A stretch of 63,705 nucleotides of DNA, counting the filler, from Rhabdomonas costata (lineage: Eukaryota): NCBI GenBank assembly GCA_019059605.1. It is 38 parts of 38 records of this genome, joined end to end, with 100 filler letters (N's around TTAATTAATTAA, not from the genome) between each part and the next. Parts side by side here need not be neighbours in the genome. Positions count along the whole stretch, not along the records: positions 11,764 to 13,342 come from JAHMHO010012678.1; positions 13,443 to 15,021 come from JAHMHO010012679.1; positions 15,122 to 16,709 come from JAHMHO010012680.1; positions 16,810 to 18,388 come from JAHMHO010012681.1; positions 18,489 to 20,067 come from JAHMHO010012682.1; positions 20,168 to 21,746 come from JAHMHO010012683.1; positions 21,847 to 23,425 come from JAHMHO010012684.1; positions 23,526 to 25,104 come from JAHMHO010012685.1; 30 more parts are not named here. One strand, written 5' to 3'. The position numbers and the translations under genes were made by a program. The notes beneath the pieces were generated by a model that worked only from the letters and a program-made list of their open reading frames with translations, made no database searches and had not been told where the DNA came from. Of the stretch, positions 11,764 to 24,882 are shown in pieces (positions within the stretch are counted from its first letter, which is position 1; every line of letters starts with the position of its first letter).

Positions 11764-13039
11764 GTGGTGGTGGGTCAACTCCTCCCGGCCTCGGCCATGG
11801 GGGAGCTGACCCACTACTGCGTCCGGCATTTCGAATATGAGGAGAAACTCATGGAGCTGAACCAGGCCTGTACTCTCTCCACCTTGTTTTTGCGTTGGCT
11901 GCGGGTTGAGCCCTTCCCTTCCCTCTCCCGTCGTCGTAGAAGACCTCAGCCCTACAAAGAACGACTTAAGGAGAGCAACAAATCTGCACGTATAGCGGCA
12001 TCCATAGAACGTTTCTGTTTCTTTGTTTTTGTACTGATGTATTGCTTGCGCAGTTAGCAGGCGCCTCAACCTGATTTACACGACATGAGTTTGGATTCTG
12101 TTGATGCAGGTAAACTTGACCCCTTTCACCGATCTCCAGCGACGTATTTAGAGGGGCATAGTTTTCTCAATAATTATTCTGCCATCGGAGATTTTCCTGC
12201 ACTCTGCCCTCGCAATCGCCCTGTTCCACAATTCACTGCCGTAACTCATCCGATTTGGTAAGAGCTGTTCACTCCACGTTAGGGGACTCCACGTTAGGGG
12301 ATACCCCAACTATGATGTCACCCACTCTACTGGTTAATGCTAAGAAATGTATGTTACAGGGTGTAGGGTGCAGTTCCATTTTTCGCATGATTTCTTGCCT
12401 GGGGTCTTCCACCGCTTCCTCCCTCCACTGTGCGCGCAGATCGTGGAGCTTCGGGCCCACCGCCTGCTTCACCAGTCCTTTGTTAACGAAGTGCAGCATC
12501 TGTTTGCTCGGTGGACATTTGGCGAGCTTAGCGAGCACGACTGCAACTCGGTATCAGGACTCTTTCTTTAGTTGCTTGCACCACCATTATTTCCACCATC
12601 ATTTATGAGGTTTGGCACAGTCAAAAATGTTTTTTTTGCATCGCGAGAGAGTCAATCTTGGAGTCCCCGCTTCTGGACGAAGAAATGACTCCAGGTCTGT
12701 TTCGGCGTCGCCCTCAGAAATGACGTTAGCCTACGATGGGGGACGCTTTTTGTTGAAGTTGGTTGAATGCGAATTATGTGGGGTCGGTGGTCTCCAAAAT
12801 TGCCTTTGCCCGAGAGCCTGTTTTCATTGATTTGTTTTTGGAGGCGCTGCCCAGCAACCCCCTTCCCTCCTCGAACGCGCCAGGTGGTGTCCTTCCTGAG
12901 CGACTGGCTGGTGAACCACATCAAGGGCCAGGACTGCCGGCTAATCCCGCTGTGCACGGAGCCCCTGGAGGAGCCCATGGACATGGTGGTGCTGGAGCAG
13001 AAGACCCACAGCACTCGGTCGGGAAGTCTCTCCACCGTG
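11764..13039 (+). CDS. Hemerythrin-domain protein fragment (at least 3 exons)
   Basis: Exons 11764-11865 (GC donor), 12440-12550 and 12884 to about 13039 give HFEYEEKLM...AHRLLH...WLVNHIKGQD. These are the HxxxE, HxxxH and HxxxxD di-iron ligand motifs at canonical spacing. Confidence 0.9.
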
Positions 13040-14349
13040 GTGGCCATGCACCGCCTCCCCCCACCCTTCCCTCCGACCCCTCCGATTCTCGCAGATGGAA
13101 AAAGGCAATCAAGGCTTCTTCGTCAGTACCTCCGAGCCCAAGATCGAGCGATCGCGTGAAAAAGCACGTCTTAGCATATTTTTGTCTTGCCCCCCTCCAC
13201 CAAAGGCTTGTAAGTCAGTGCTGAGCGCGAGAAAGCTATTTTTGACTGGAAAGGAAGAGACAACACCATAATTCCATCGATATAGGCATGGGTGGGGAAT
13301 GAATGGGGATAAGATCTAGAGTTTAGACAACAAAGTCCCGCGNNNNNNNNNNNNNNNNNNNNNNNNNNNNNNNNNNNNNNNNNNNNTTAATTAATTAANN
13401 NNNNNNNNNNNNNNNNNNNNNNNNNNNNNNNNNNNNNNNNNNTTGTGTGTGTATAAATTGCCTGTTAAGGTGGCTCTTAGTCTCTGCAAAAGGGCAGTCT
13501 TGTTAAAGCGTGTGTGCTTTGAAGCGAACCCTCTCCTTTTTTGTGCGAGCCCGGGGTAGTGGTGTTCCAGGTCCTGGTTCGGTAACAGATCTGGAACACC
13601 AATGCCGGCGGAGCCGACTCGGGTTTCCCGACGCACACATATTCCATCGTTCATGAAATTAACAACACGGGATATGCATGCTCGCCCCACCTTTTTGCTT
13701 CCTTTGCAACACCCCTGACACCAGTCTCATGTGTGCTTTGAAGCTGGCATTGATGGGAACGGCGCCGTGAGTAGAACTATATAGTATCGCACACTAGTAC
13801 ATTCTCCCCTGTTGACGAACCGTTTCTGCTCTTGGTCTTGGTCTATCCTTTTGCTGACTGTTCTCTCGAGTGCAGGTTACGTTTTGCAAATTGCCTGTTG
13901 AAGTGGTTGTGCTATTTTGTGTTATTTTTGTCTCCGCAAAAGTGCTGTCTTGCTCAATTGTGTGTGTGTGTGCGCGCGCGCGCGTTTGACAAATCCCTCA
14001 TTTCTTTTTCAGAAAGGAGCTAAGGATGTTTCAGCTTTGGGGGCAATTTCGCACCTATTTTTTCTGGCATAGCTCCCACGCCATTTTCCAGCACTGGCAC
14101 ATTTTTTCTCCAGTGCTCACCATTGGAGTGTGCTTTGCATTGGAGTGTGTTTTGGTCAACTGAACAGAACCCAAAGTACTATGTGTGCTGCCCCGTTGGC
14201 ATCAAGACTACCCGAAGCAAGAAAATGAAATGCTCAGTAGCAAAACCTAAAACCTACCACTGAGTGATTCCAAATGCAAAACCGTGTGTTGAGAACACAG
14301 GCGGGCATGTGTGACCGTGGGACGCGTACGCGCTAGTTGATTGCCACAG

Positions 14350-14724
14350 GTGCTCACTTCCCGAGCCCTCACACTGGTGCCGCGGGGTGGAGTACCGGTT
14401 CGCTGAGGTTGTGCCTTCGTCAGGTCTCTGCAGTCCGCTGTGTTTTGTGTGTTGTGGCACTAGAAGGGCAGCCTGGGGGGCGCTGTTCGCCGCACAGGTG
14501 CTTGCCAAAGGTTCCTATGGAGCAAATGGTGCCGGCTCCCTGCGGAACGTTCCACCTTCTGGGCTGTGTGAGTGTGTCCACCGCCCACCTCACCTCACCC
14601 CACACACCTGGCCGGGCACAATCCGATGTGCAGGCGAATGCCCCGGAGAGGCGTCCGTCGGGGGTGGCCCCCGAAGAAACTCACGGAGCTGCTGTCGGCT
14701 CCCGTGCGCCAGCGCCATTCCTAA
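14350..14724 (+). CDS. Possible 3-exon C-terminus of an unknown protein
   Basis: CAG acceptors and GT donors give an in-phase join (...GVEYRFAEVVPSSGACQRFLWSKW...RQRHS*). No homology recognised. Confidence 0.25.
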
Positions 14725-15129
14725 AAAAGCACGGCAGACTCTAGAGGGGGTGGCACAGCGAGGAAGAATATACGCTGGCAGGAGCGACCTGACGAACGAA
14801 ACTCAGCTGGAAAACGTTCGGTAAGCAGACTGCTGCAAACAGGTCACTCATGCTGAGACTCCCCGAGGCGCATTCCTGAACCGAAGGTGCGCTCGGGTAA
14901 GATTATGCGCCAAGTGCAAAGATACAAGGCGCACCAAGAGAAAATGAAACCACTATCATCATCCGGCCAGGGCGCACGCACACACGCACACACACAAACA
15001 TGCAACACCCACCCCCAACAANNNNNNNNNNNNNNNNNNNNNNNNNNNNNNNNNNNNNNNNNNNNTTAATTAATTAANNNNNNNNNNNNNNNNNNNNNNN
15101 NNNNNNNNNNNNNNNNNNNNNGTTGTTGG

Positions 15130-15246
15130 GTACGTAACCTTCTTGGCTCTGCAGTGTGTGTGTGTGTGTGTGTGTGTGCCTCAGTGTGCGATACTCACGG
15201 ATGCCATTGCCTGCACTCCTGTCTGTGTGTTTCTCTTGGTGGGTCA

Positions 15247-15298
<52 letters not shown>

Positions 15299-15318
15299 GA
15301 GCCAAGAAGGTTACGTAC
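15130..15318. repeat. Terminal fold-back inverted repeat running into a (CA)n/(TG)n microsatellite
   Basis: 15130-15178 is the reverse complement of about 15270-15318. The (CA)n tract spans about 15248-15294. Confidence 0.9.
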
Positions 15319-15597
15319 TCAACAAGAATGCCCGCACAGGCGGGTGCCTGCAGTTCAGTGGCACAGAAAAGATCACGAAACATGAGCGGAAATAATTACA
15401 AGGGTGCCACCACACACGCAAGGATGAGCGCCGGGGTGGGGGGTGGGGGTGCCAGGCGTTCCATATCTATCAGCTTTTTCCTATCCACGCATCATCTACA
15501 ATCTGTGTGCGCCATGAAAGAGACAGTTAGCCGCTTTCACCTTCCCATTGTCCAGTGCCTGTTACCCACATCTGCCCGGAGAGGACGGAGAGCACAC

Positions 15598-16449
15598 CGC
15601 GGATTGCACTGCGGCATCCGAGGCCCCGGGAGGTTCTGTCTGAACTGGTACAGACATGGTGTCATCCGGGGTGGCCTGCAGGCCCACTGTGCTCTGCGGC
15701 AACCTCAGAGCGGCCCGCTGACCTGTGCACACACCATCATCACCGTAACCCCTGTAGCCTGGGACCACTTAAAAATCAGTGTGTTTGGCACATTAAAAAT
15801 TTTCCACAGGCTCCTACAAGTAGCATTAATTCGCCCAGGTCTCTACGGCCCACAGGAGAGAATCCGGCTCCGTATGGTCGTATACCGGTGCTGCGTAGAG
15901 GCTCCATCTCTCAACAGATTGTCATATCTAAAAAAACAGAAATTCCGCCGCATCTTGAACATCCGGGGTGCGGGGTCGCTTTTGTATCGTACAGATGAGC
16001 TATTAACCAGAGCGCAGAGGTGATGGTTTGTCCAAAGTCCCAAAACGACGTTGATCTCCCGCCTTCAGCCGGAGCTGGTCAACTGAGTTGACGATGAGGT
16101 TCGCTTGGTGGCGGGCTCTTGAGAGTTGGGTGGGGGGGCTTGCTCAGAAAAAGTCTAAAAATGCTCGCTCTCTTTGCTAGTCTGGAGTGCACTGATGGAC
16201 TCAGTGGACTCAGGCGCCCATTAAAAAAACGTGCCAAGAGCCCAGTGCTCTCACCGTACTCCCCAGCAAATGGATAAAGAAAAAAACGGTCGTATGAGGC
16301 CTGCACAAACCAAACTCCGCCCTCTGCGGGGGGGCTGTCTGGCACCCAAAGTCCCCGGCAGGGGGCGGCGAGGTCTGGTTCTTCTTGTCCACACAACACA
16401 GCGCTGTCTGGGTTGAGCTCGCTCCCAAGGAGACCGAGGCTTGGACGTG
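15598..16449 (-). CDS. Disordered protein fragment with repeated xQT motifs (2 exons)
   Basis: Exons 16449-16311 and 15722-15598 are in phase: HVQASVSLGASSTQTALCCVDKKNQTSPPPAGDFGCQTAPP...VGLQATPDDTMSVPVQTEPPGASDAAVQSA. Confidence 0.6.
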
Positions 16450-18799
16450 CTAGCCATCAAAAGCGGGAGGGAATGCAAGGAGACTGGGGGCGTGTGAGTA
16501 TGCTTGTAGCAACGGGCATTCCACTGAACATGTAACCACTGCATAACTTTGGGTCCTAAACAATTTCAAGTCAATTTGGGCCCTGGTAAAAATGAGAGCT
16601 TCGAGAAAATTTCCTTTCAAAATCCTCGGAAGTATCAAACTAAAAGCGTGCACAGGGCTACTGGAGAGCCACAAGTTGCAAGGTCACTTTAACAACCCCC
16701 CCACCCCCCNNNNNNNNNNNNNNNNNNNNNNNNNNNNNNNNNNNNNNNNNNNNTTAATTAATTAANNNNNNNNNNNNNNNNNNNNNNNNNNNNNNNNNNN
16801 NNNNNNNNNGTTTTTGGGTATCCTCACTCGCCGTGCAGCTCGCGTGACGGTGGGAACGTTCACAGGTCCCACAAATCGGGAGGTAAAGGTGTAGTCCTAA
16901 GACAAGCATCCATGGAAGCAAACAAATGCTGTCTGCCAAATGTCCGTCCAACGCTACGCACAAATGCAACTCAAAGCCGTCATGGAATCCGAAAAAGTGC
17001 GGAATCGTTTGTGGCACGGGTGTCCACCTATTTCCGCGGATCGGTTCCGCCCCACCACAAAATTCATTCCAGGACGTCTTTTCGCCAGAATCGATCGCAA
17101 AAGGTCACAGCAATCATCTCACACCTCAGAAGGTTTCCCCGAAACTTCGTAGCCATGGGCTTTCTCAGAGTGTGCGTTGGCGACGATCAGGGAGCCCACT
17201 AGGGTCAGCCCAGGAGTGGGGCGACCGTAGTAGAATGTGGTCGTGGCGATGTCCTCCGCCTGGGTCGGAAAAGATGTGAACGTGGGCCTGTAGCATCATA
17301 ATTGCAACCAGCCTCCAAATGCTCGAAACCACAACAGCTAAACAGGACTAATATCACAGCGTTGGGGATGACAACTACCAGACGCACCTCAGAGTCTGTG
17401 CGTTGTGGCGCAAACTCCTGACAAAGGGTAGACAATTCAGTGGGATATGCCCTCTGAAGCAATTCTACTTAGTCAGAGGAAACGTCTCATACTTCATCGA
17501 CCCGGCCCAGAGGGATCCACCGCCACCGCATTGTTTTTTGAGACACCGACATCACACTTGAGGTGAAGTACCAGCCAACGTGGCGTGACAAGAAGAGAGC
17601 AGCCACGGAGGCTAAAATAAAGCAGAAAATAAAGTAGCCGAAAGTTCCACGCACGCCCCGCGCATACCGCGCGGTAATTGTTGTGCGTGGCATTGGAGCC
17701 CATTTCGAAACTCCCATGGAAGCCTGAGCTCCACGGAACGACGTCCACCAGAAGCCTCCGGAAGGCGTGCACCCCGTTGATCATTGCGCGGTCCCCGTGG
17801 AGCTTCCAAACTTTCTTCTTTAGGTTCTTTCGGTCAGGCAGGAAGTACCCACCAACACCCTGGTATAAGCACACAGCACCGTAATTGGCAAAGGGAACAA
17901 GCCCGTCCACCGTTGACGTAATAACGTTCAAAGTCGCCTTTTCGCCGTAAGGCAGTGACCTCGACCTCCGGGTTAAAGAATAAAAGCCATGGAAGGAACA
18001 TACATCCGAGGGTGATGCTGAGACGAGCGACCAACCGCTTACGTCACAGCCTTTCTTCTAAGCTAACGAATGAAACGTGATTTTGGCAGGTCGCCCTGCA
18101 ACTTCGAAAAGGGCTCGTTTGCGGTTGCTGTGGGAGGATACTATTTTCCGTAGCGTTTTGGATCCTTTCTCAGGGAAAGCCAAGGCTTATGCTCAAATCA
18201 TGCCCGCAAGCACAGAAAAAAGAACGTGTGTGCGTGTGTTTCCTCTCTGACTTTATATCGCACAAATATACCCAAACACGAACAAACAGGCACAACTATT
18301 ATTAGTCAAAGAAGAAATTTCACGGGTCTCAACAGAAACACAAAGGTTGTGTAATGTTGTCAGATGAACCCGAAAACCACCAAAAACANNNNNNNNNNNN
18401 NNNNNNNNNNNNNNNNNNNNNNNNNNNNNNNNTTAATTAATTAANNNNNNNNNNNNNNNNNNNNNNNNNNNNNNNNNNNNNNNNNNNNTGTTTGTGGGGC
18501 GAAAGTCTCCTAAAATCTCTTTTGAGCACGGCTGTAAGTTTTGCCCTGGATGAATTTTTTGCTTCTGGATAACCCTAGCGCAAACGGGGAGCTGCCATTG
18601 TCAGCGATCTGAACGGCTTGATCAACCGTCCTTCTGTCTTTTTCACTTGTGTAAAAGATTTTATAGATTTTTAAAGATTATATCTGTATTATCAGACTAG
18701 TTTCCTTGTGTATAAGATCGGATTGAAAAAGAGATGGGAAAGTTTGCCGACTCTCTTCCTTCCAGGTGCTTCGCTCTTGTTTTTTTCTATGGTCTTTGC

Positions 18800-19905
18800 A
18801 TGCTCTCATGGGGTCACCTGTTGTGGCGTGTTGGGGCCGCCACGGTCGGCGGGCTTCTGTTGGTCGTCTGTCTGTTCGGCTCCCTGGCTCTGGCGCAATT
18901 CGCTTCAAGAAGGCAGCTCCTCACCCGTGCTGCGGAGCGTCCTATCCGACCCAACGGTCCCCCTAGTGCTCGCCGTATAGTTATTGATCTCGTGGTGAAC
19001 TTCTCTGGTCGGCGACCCTCCTTGCTGGAATTATGGATACCCCCGCAGTGCAATGGCTCAGAGTTTTACTACACTGGGCCCCGGTACACGCTGGTCCACT
19101 GGCGGAGTGCCATTCACCCTGAGAGTGCCTTGAACAACACGGCTGCTCCACTTTGCCCGCTTCTCGATCTTCCGGACGTGACACTTCCACTGACCGTGCC
19201 GTGCGCGCCTTCGGACAACGTTTTCCGATGCCCGGGCGTAGGCCCGTTCGCGTGGCTGAACAGCAGCACGGGTGAGTTTCGGATGCACTGCCGGCCCGGA
19301 GAGGGGCGGTATGCCGCGTGGGTGGACTCCGGAAAGGAGTGGGCCTCCCCCCCGTGGTCTTCGTACCAGAATCCGGTTCACCTGAGCCATGCAGGGGTTG
19401 TACTTGCACATTGCGGTGCCCGCAACGCCTACTTTGCAAATGTGTGGCCCTTGTTCAGCGCTCCGACAAGTCGGAGGGCTGTACCCCTTTCCAAAGGTTG
19501 TCGCTCATCTCATTCTCATTCCTACATTTTGAGCGAGCCCAGGCGTTTTGCTACCAGCTTCTGTAGTTGGGCGTAAAAATGGTTTTATAGTTTCCTTGCG
19601 GTTGCAGGTTGTTATCTTTTATCCATGTGTAATTGCTGGTATGGAGAGTCGTTTGTGGCTTTCACAGGCACCCTCCCGCTGATTGTTGTGCTACTTATTG
19701 ATGGGGTTGGTCGCCCGACTTTGCTCCGGTCTTGGCCCCGCACGGTCTCCTTCCTTCGGACTCACAGCCGGCCTCCGGGAGAGAGGGCTAGCCGAGAACC
19801 TTACGTCCTGTTTGAAGGCGCGCGGTTCTCCGTGACGGGGCGGGACACGAGCCACAACATCCCACAAATGCTGGCCGGGGCGCCCGCTCCACAGAAAAAG
19901 CCCAG
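18800..19905 (+). CDS. DUF229-like protein (alkaline phosphatase/sulfatase superfamily) with N-terminal membrane anchor, 3' partial
   Basis: Exons 18800-19496 and 19668-19905 are in phase. IVVLLIDGVGRPTLLRSWPRTVSFL...FSVTGRDTSHNIPQMLAG fits the DUF229 pattern IDSxSR...R.MP.T...G.NT..N. Confidence 0.7.
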
Positions 19906-20608
19906 GTATGTGGAGGACTTTGGAACCGCGTGGGTGCGGAAGCGTCGTTCTTGGGTCCTACAACGGAGGAATGTATTTTGGCAGCGCATACCCGGTTCAT
20001 TTCCAGAGTTAGAACGATGGTTTTCTTGGGCAGAAGGCAAGGGGAATGCGAATCCCGCACCAAAAAANNNNNNNNNNNNNNNNNNNNNNNNNNNNNNNNN
20101 NNNNNNNNNNNTTAATTAATTAANNNNNNNNNNNNNNNNNNNNNNNNNNNNNNNNNNNNNNNNNNNNGTTGGTTTTGGCTTCATTTTTCTTTTCATTTTG
20201 GCATCAGACGACGACCGTTCCCCCTGGAATGGGCTTTCCCCCTTAATGTTCACAGTCATGAGACGGCTGACCCATGAATGACGCTCGTGTGTCGGTTCAG
20301 ACGCGGCTGGCAGGTCTCCGCTTCGGCCACCGTGGCGCTAGTCTGCGCGTGGCGCTCTCAAGCAGCTCACCGCAATGGTCGCTCCCCCGCTAGAAAACCG
20401 AGCGATGCCACACTCGCTCATTGGGTGGGGGGGTAAAGATATGCGAATCACAGATGAATAGGAAGAAATCCAAGCCTCCCGGAGAGCACCACCCGCAAGC
20501 CAGAGGCCCAATAAGAGTCTAGAAAAGTGGAATGGCCAGAGATGAAGGGTACCAGGCTGCGGCGCCACATTTAGGAGACAGAGAGAGGAAGGCAGATATC
20601 AGCCCTAC

Positions 20609-21416
20609 CTGCCCTGCTCTGGGATGCCAGGGCCTGTGCCGGGCTGCCTCAGGCGCTGCAGCGCACGGCGCTCGACCTCGCTCAGGGCGCAGCACAGCAT
20701 GTACAGCAGCGCGTAGTGGTTTCGCGGAGACTCCTGAAAGCGCGGAATGGACACGTGTTTGAAAGTGAGTGTGCGCGTGCATCTGCGTGCACGAAATTCG
20801 TTGCACTGCTTTAAACGGGGGGAAAGTTTTACCCCCCGCAGCAAGGGCGGCTGAGGCGGCTGAACTTTGCATCAACTTCACAGCGGCGCCGAAACAGCGG
20901 CCCGTTACGTCCTCATGGAATCGATGAGGGAACCATGGTTCCCTCATTGAAAAATCAGCGCGCACCTAAACGAATTTAAAACTCATAGGGCCAGAAGTTA
21001 TGTGAAATCAAGAAAGGCTATTGCCGTTTTGAATTTAAAAGTAAATCTGAGTCTTAGAGTCCACCGGATTGCATTAAGAATCGCAAATAAAACCAACAGC
21101 ATGACAACGGTAGATATTAAACCCACTGACCTACCTTCATAATTTTCATGATGGTGTCGTGGTTATCATTCAAGGTCTGCAGGACATCGGGCGCCGCAAA
21201 GGCCATGTGGAAGCTGTGCGCCCGGGTCAGTCCAAACCGTTCCGCGCCCCCCGCCCCCAGCTCGCCCGACGGAGCAGCAGGGGAAGGCTCGGCGGCGGTG
21301 CCGGCGCGCTCTTTGTGAGGGACCCAAAACCACTGCAGGAGGATGGAGTGCAGCACCTGCAGCGTGGAGTGGGACTCTGGAGCGTACTCCGCCTTGTAGG
21401 CCAGGGCAATGTACAC
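20609..21416 (-). CDS. Unknown helical protein fragment (2 exons)
   Basis: Exons 21416-21135 and 20733-20609 have CAG/GTAGG boundaries, are in phase and are GC3-rich. Confidence 0.65.
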
Positions 21417-21854
21417 CTGCCATCAACATCCATACATACGTACCCTACACAGATCGCTGGCAAAAGACATTTAAGATCGAGCACATCCGACACATCATGC
21501 GCATGTGCTGTCCAGGTACCCTGGTATTTACAAGCTGAAAAGCTGGACCAAAGATCATGCATACCCACCTGCCCACCCACACCCACCTACACACCACTTG
21601 CCCTGTGCTACGGTCCAAGAAGACAAATTCACTGAACCCCAGTCAGTGCGCATGCCCCGCGATGCACAATCAAAGCCGCAGGTTCCCGATTGGGTACTTG
21701 ACAAAGAAATGAACAGAGATTGCACCTCAGGCGAAACAACAAAACCNNNNNNNNNNNNNNNNNNNNNNNNNNNNNNNNNNNNNNNNNNNNTTAATTAATT
21801 AANNNNNNNNNNNNNNNNNNNNNNNNNNNNNNNNNNNNNNNNNNNNTGTTGTTG

Positions 21855-22104
21855 TTGAAAACGTTGAGCTTGATCCCACTAATTCTTTCTCTGGCACTCG
21901 GTAGCTGCCACTCCGAAGACGTTTCGGCTTTACATACAGATTCGCAGCAAGATGCGCCCGCTATCAATGCAACACGCTGGACCAATCCACAAGCACTCGT
22001 TCCGTGTTCATGCACGCCAGTCAAAGAAAAACCGAAACGTCTTCGGAGTGGCAGCTACCGAGTGCCAGAGAAAGAATTAGTGGGATCAAGCTCAACGTTT
22101 TCAA
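21855..22104. repeat. Terminal fold-back inverted repeat (73-bp arms)
   Basis: 21855-21927 versus 22032-22104. Confidence 0.9.
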
Positions 22105-22887
22105 GAACAACGGTTTGCACTGCCTCTCAGCGAAATGATGGCATGCAAAACAACATGTACAGGGGTTCGGACAACTGCACAAGTAGTTCCAGGAAGCACC
22201 AGAGCGTGTGCGCGTTTCCGCAGTTGCACGCAAAACCACCAAAAAGAAGGGGCACTGATGCATCGACTGGAGGAGGGTGAGAGGGCATCGGAATCTGAGC
22301 AGGTGCCAGGGCAAGCGAAGCGCACCACAAAGCAATAGCACGGGCGCAGAGCATTCACAAGAAGACCAATAATATCCAAATACGTATGACTTTGATTCAA
22401 CCCCAGGCCAGCACACGAGGTCCGCTCACAGAGGCCAAGCCTATCCCACCAAACTCGACCCAGGAACTCAAAGACAAAAATCAACCCCGGTGGCGCAGAT
22501 TTGCGAGAGCTGTTGGCGACGCAACGAAAAAGCCGGGCGAGAAAAACAAGGAAAGGCAATCGCACACGCACATGGTAATACAAGTCACAAGAAAACGCAC
22601 CCTTTGAGGCCGCAAAACCCCAAAAAAAAGAAGAAGAACGAAAATGAAATGGACGGAGGATGGCGGCACTCAAGGCGGCAGAGGCTGGTGGCATCCAGAG
22701 CCCAGGAGGAGGCAGGGGACGAGGGGTCACCACTGCCCGCGCCTTCCATCTCACACTCCTCCCGGCGCGACAATGACTCGGCTCCACAGCCCACAGGATT
22801 GTGGCTTTGAACACTGCTTTACAAGCACAGCACAGCACTACACAGTTTCCCGCCAGAGCTGAGAGGGCAGGAGGAGCCTGGCTCGGG

Positions 22888-23412
22888 CTAGGGCTCGGGG
22901 GGTGAGGCAGCGAGCTTTCTCTCGTATTCCGCCAGCTGCCGCAGGAAGCCCTCGTTCGGGTTCACCGTGGGCCTTTCCCCGCAAAAAAAAATGAAAAGAA
23001 ATCGTCGGTGAAGTGATTAGACTGATCACCAAACGAAGTCGAGCAAGAGCCTGGAATGCAGACGAGGTACCCATGGGATTACCTTATCAATAAGACCACT
23101 CACGCTCACGATAAACGGAGAAGGAGAAGCAGTCCTGTCTGCCTATGATACTGTGCAGGCGCGACGATTGTTAGAAGCGATGCCTGATAAATCTCTACCA
23201 ATCAAGGACCAACCAGAACAACCAGAGGACACCAGCATTCTGATGGCGAATGCAAAGGGATGTAGTGGGCACGCAGAAAGGGGCACACCTGCACTTCTGC
23301 ATGTGCTGCAGGGCCTGCGCCACAGTCATGCCCTCGCGGGCCACAAGGTAGGAGCACACCACGGTGGCCGACCGTGACACCCCAGCGAAGCAGTGCACCA
23401 GAACTTTCTGTT
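22888..23412 (-). CDS. Dual-specificity protein phosphatase, C-terminal part (2 exons)
   Basis: VLVHCFAGVSRSATVVCSYL (HCx5R motif; exon ends 23289) splices to 22972-22888, RPTVNPNEGFLRQLAEYERKL...*. Confidence 0.95.
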
Positions 23413-24236
23413 GGTCACCACAACCNNNNNNNNNNNNNNNNNNNNNNNNNNNNNNNNNNNNNNNNNNNNTTAATTAATTAANNNNNNNNNNNNNNNNNNN
23501 NNNNNNNNNNNNNNNNNNNNNNNNNTTTTTGGGTGTGTCTTTCGTGCTGGGTTAAATTGGGCCTTGACCTGTTCCCTCCGACCTTGGTGATGGTGGATTG
23601 CCTCGGAGTTAGATTGCCCCCTGGTACCACCATTTGCCCTTGTAGTGTATTTCCCCCAAGGGAAAGGCCAAATGTTAAGATTTCTGGAAACCAGGGGGGA
23701 AACCAAGAAACGAGCATCTGTTAACCACCGGAAACCATCCAGAAAGTGGTTGGAGCAGGTTTTTATATTCAGGGTTAGAGAGCGATGCACCTGCTGCGGA
23801 AGTTGCCCTAGATTTCAGGCCCTGAGGGCTAGGGGTGCTGTCGGGCTCAGCAGGACCCTGCGATAGTGTGGTGGGATCTGGAGCGGGGAAGCATCGAGAT
23901 AGTTCTCTTGCTCTCCATATTCGGGGTGGTGATCGGTTCTTGCTCTGTGGCGTTTTGATGGGGAAGGGGGATGATCTGATTCCGACGGGTGTTCTGAGCA
24001 GTCTGGAGGTGGCTGTTCGTCTATTGGTTATATTGGGCGGTTCAATTTCCGCTGGTATGTGCTGGTTTCTGTGCAGACTTCTTCGATTTCAGAATTGTAG
24101 ATTTCAGCCCAACCCCCCCTCCCAAAGTCGATTGGGTTGTTCAACCCCTTCCCTTCCTCTTCTCCATCACTTGGCTCCATGAAAGTACCTCTGAGAACAC
24201 TGCACGGTAACATGGTGTCCGTATAATGCAGGATTG

Positions 24237-24373
24237 TACCCTTGTGCTTCCGCGCCAATGTTGCTGCAGTCGTTCAATCCTGTGCCCATCGTGTGCATCC
24301 AACCCTCTGCTACATTGCTGTATTTGCCGCTGCCACTGTTGGCTCTACGCCGTTTGTGCGGGCATGCTGTGGC
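24237..24373 (+). repeat. Dispersed repeat of about 140 bp, copy 1
   Basis: Strongly similar to the reverse complement of about 61092-61220 on another contig. Shared blocks include TGTGCTTCCGCGCCAATGTTGCTGC, GTGTGCATCCAACCCTCTGCTA and TGTGCGGGCATGCTGTGG. Confidence 0.85.
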
Positions 24374-24760
24374 AATCGTTGAAGTTCGTCACAAAAATTA
24401 TGTTCCAGGAATAATCCAATTGCAAAATATAAAACTGAATTGTACTGCACTAGAAAGCCGGTTAGATTCAAAGAGCCGCCAATTGGGTGACTGCCAGTGA
24501 ATAATCCAAGAAGGACCCCACTTCAGCGGCATTTGTGCAGTCAAAAGAAGACCTGAGGCGCTTGAGTTTCGGTGAGGCAGTGCATATTAGGTCGTTGCAC
24601 GATATTCATGTCTTTACGTCAGATACTTCCTTTGGACAAGTGAAAAGGGGTTGCTTCCCTTAATTCACATCCACGATGGGTGCGCAGCGCCTTATTCTTT
24701 CAATTCTCATTCGCACGTTCAGTTGAACTACGGTCCATGGCTCAACTCCCGCGTGTACAG

Positions 24761-24882
24761 GTGATTTTGCTAAAGCCCGCTATCCTCGCCAGTGACATTT
24801 GGAGCGTTGCGGCGACGGCGGTGGAGCTCCTGACCGGGGATCCGTCGTACTTCGACCTGAACCCTTTTCAAGCAATGTACAG
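24761..24882 (+). CDS. Ser/Thr protein kinase exon (subdomains IX-X, STE11/Cdc15-like)
   Basis: CAG|VILLKPAILASDIWSVAATAVELLTGDPSYFDLNPFQAMYR|GT. Confidence 0.85.

Noticed and set aside
15154-16023. 289-aa plus-strand ORF
   Set aside because: It starts in a microsatellite and fold-back, and lies antisense to better-supported exons.
16810-18388. Possible decayed retroelement endonuclease (DITLEVKY...K..K)
   Set aside because: No ordered set of motifs could be assembled; too weak to call.
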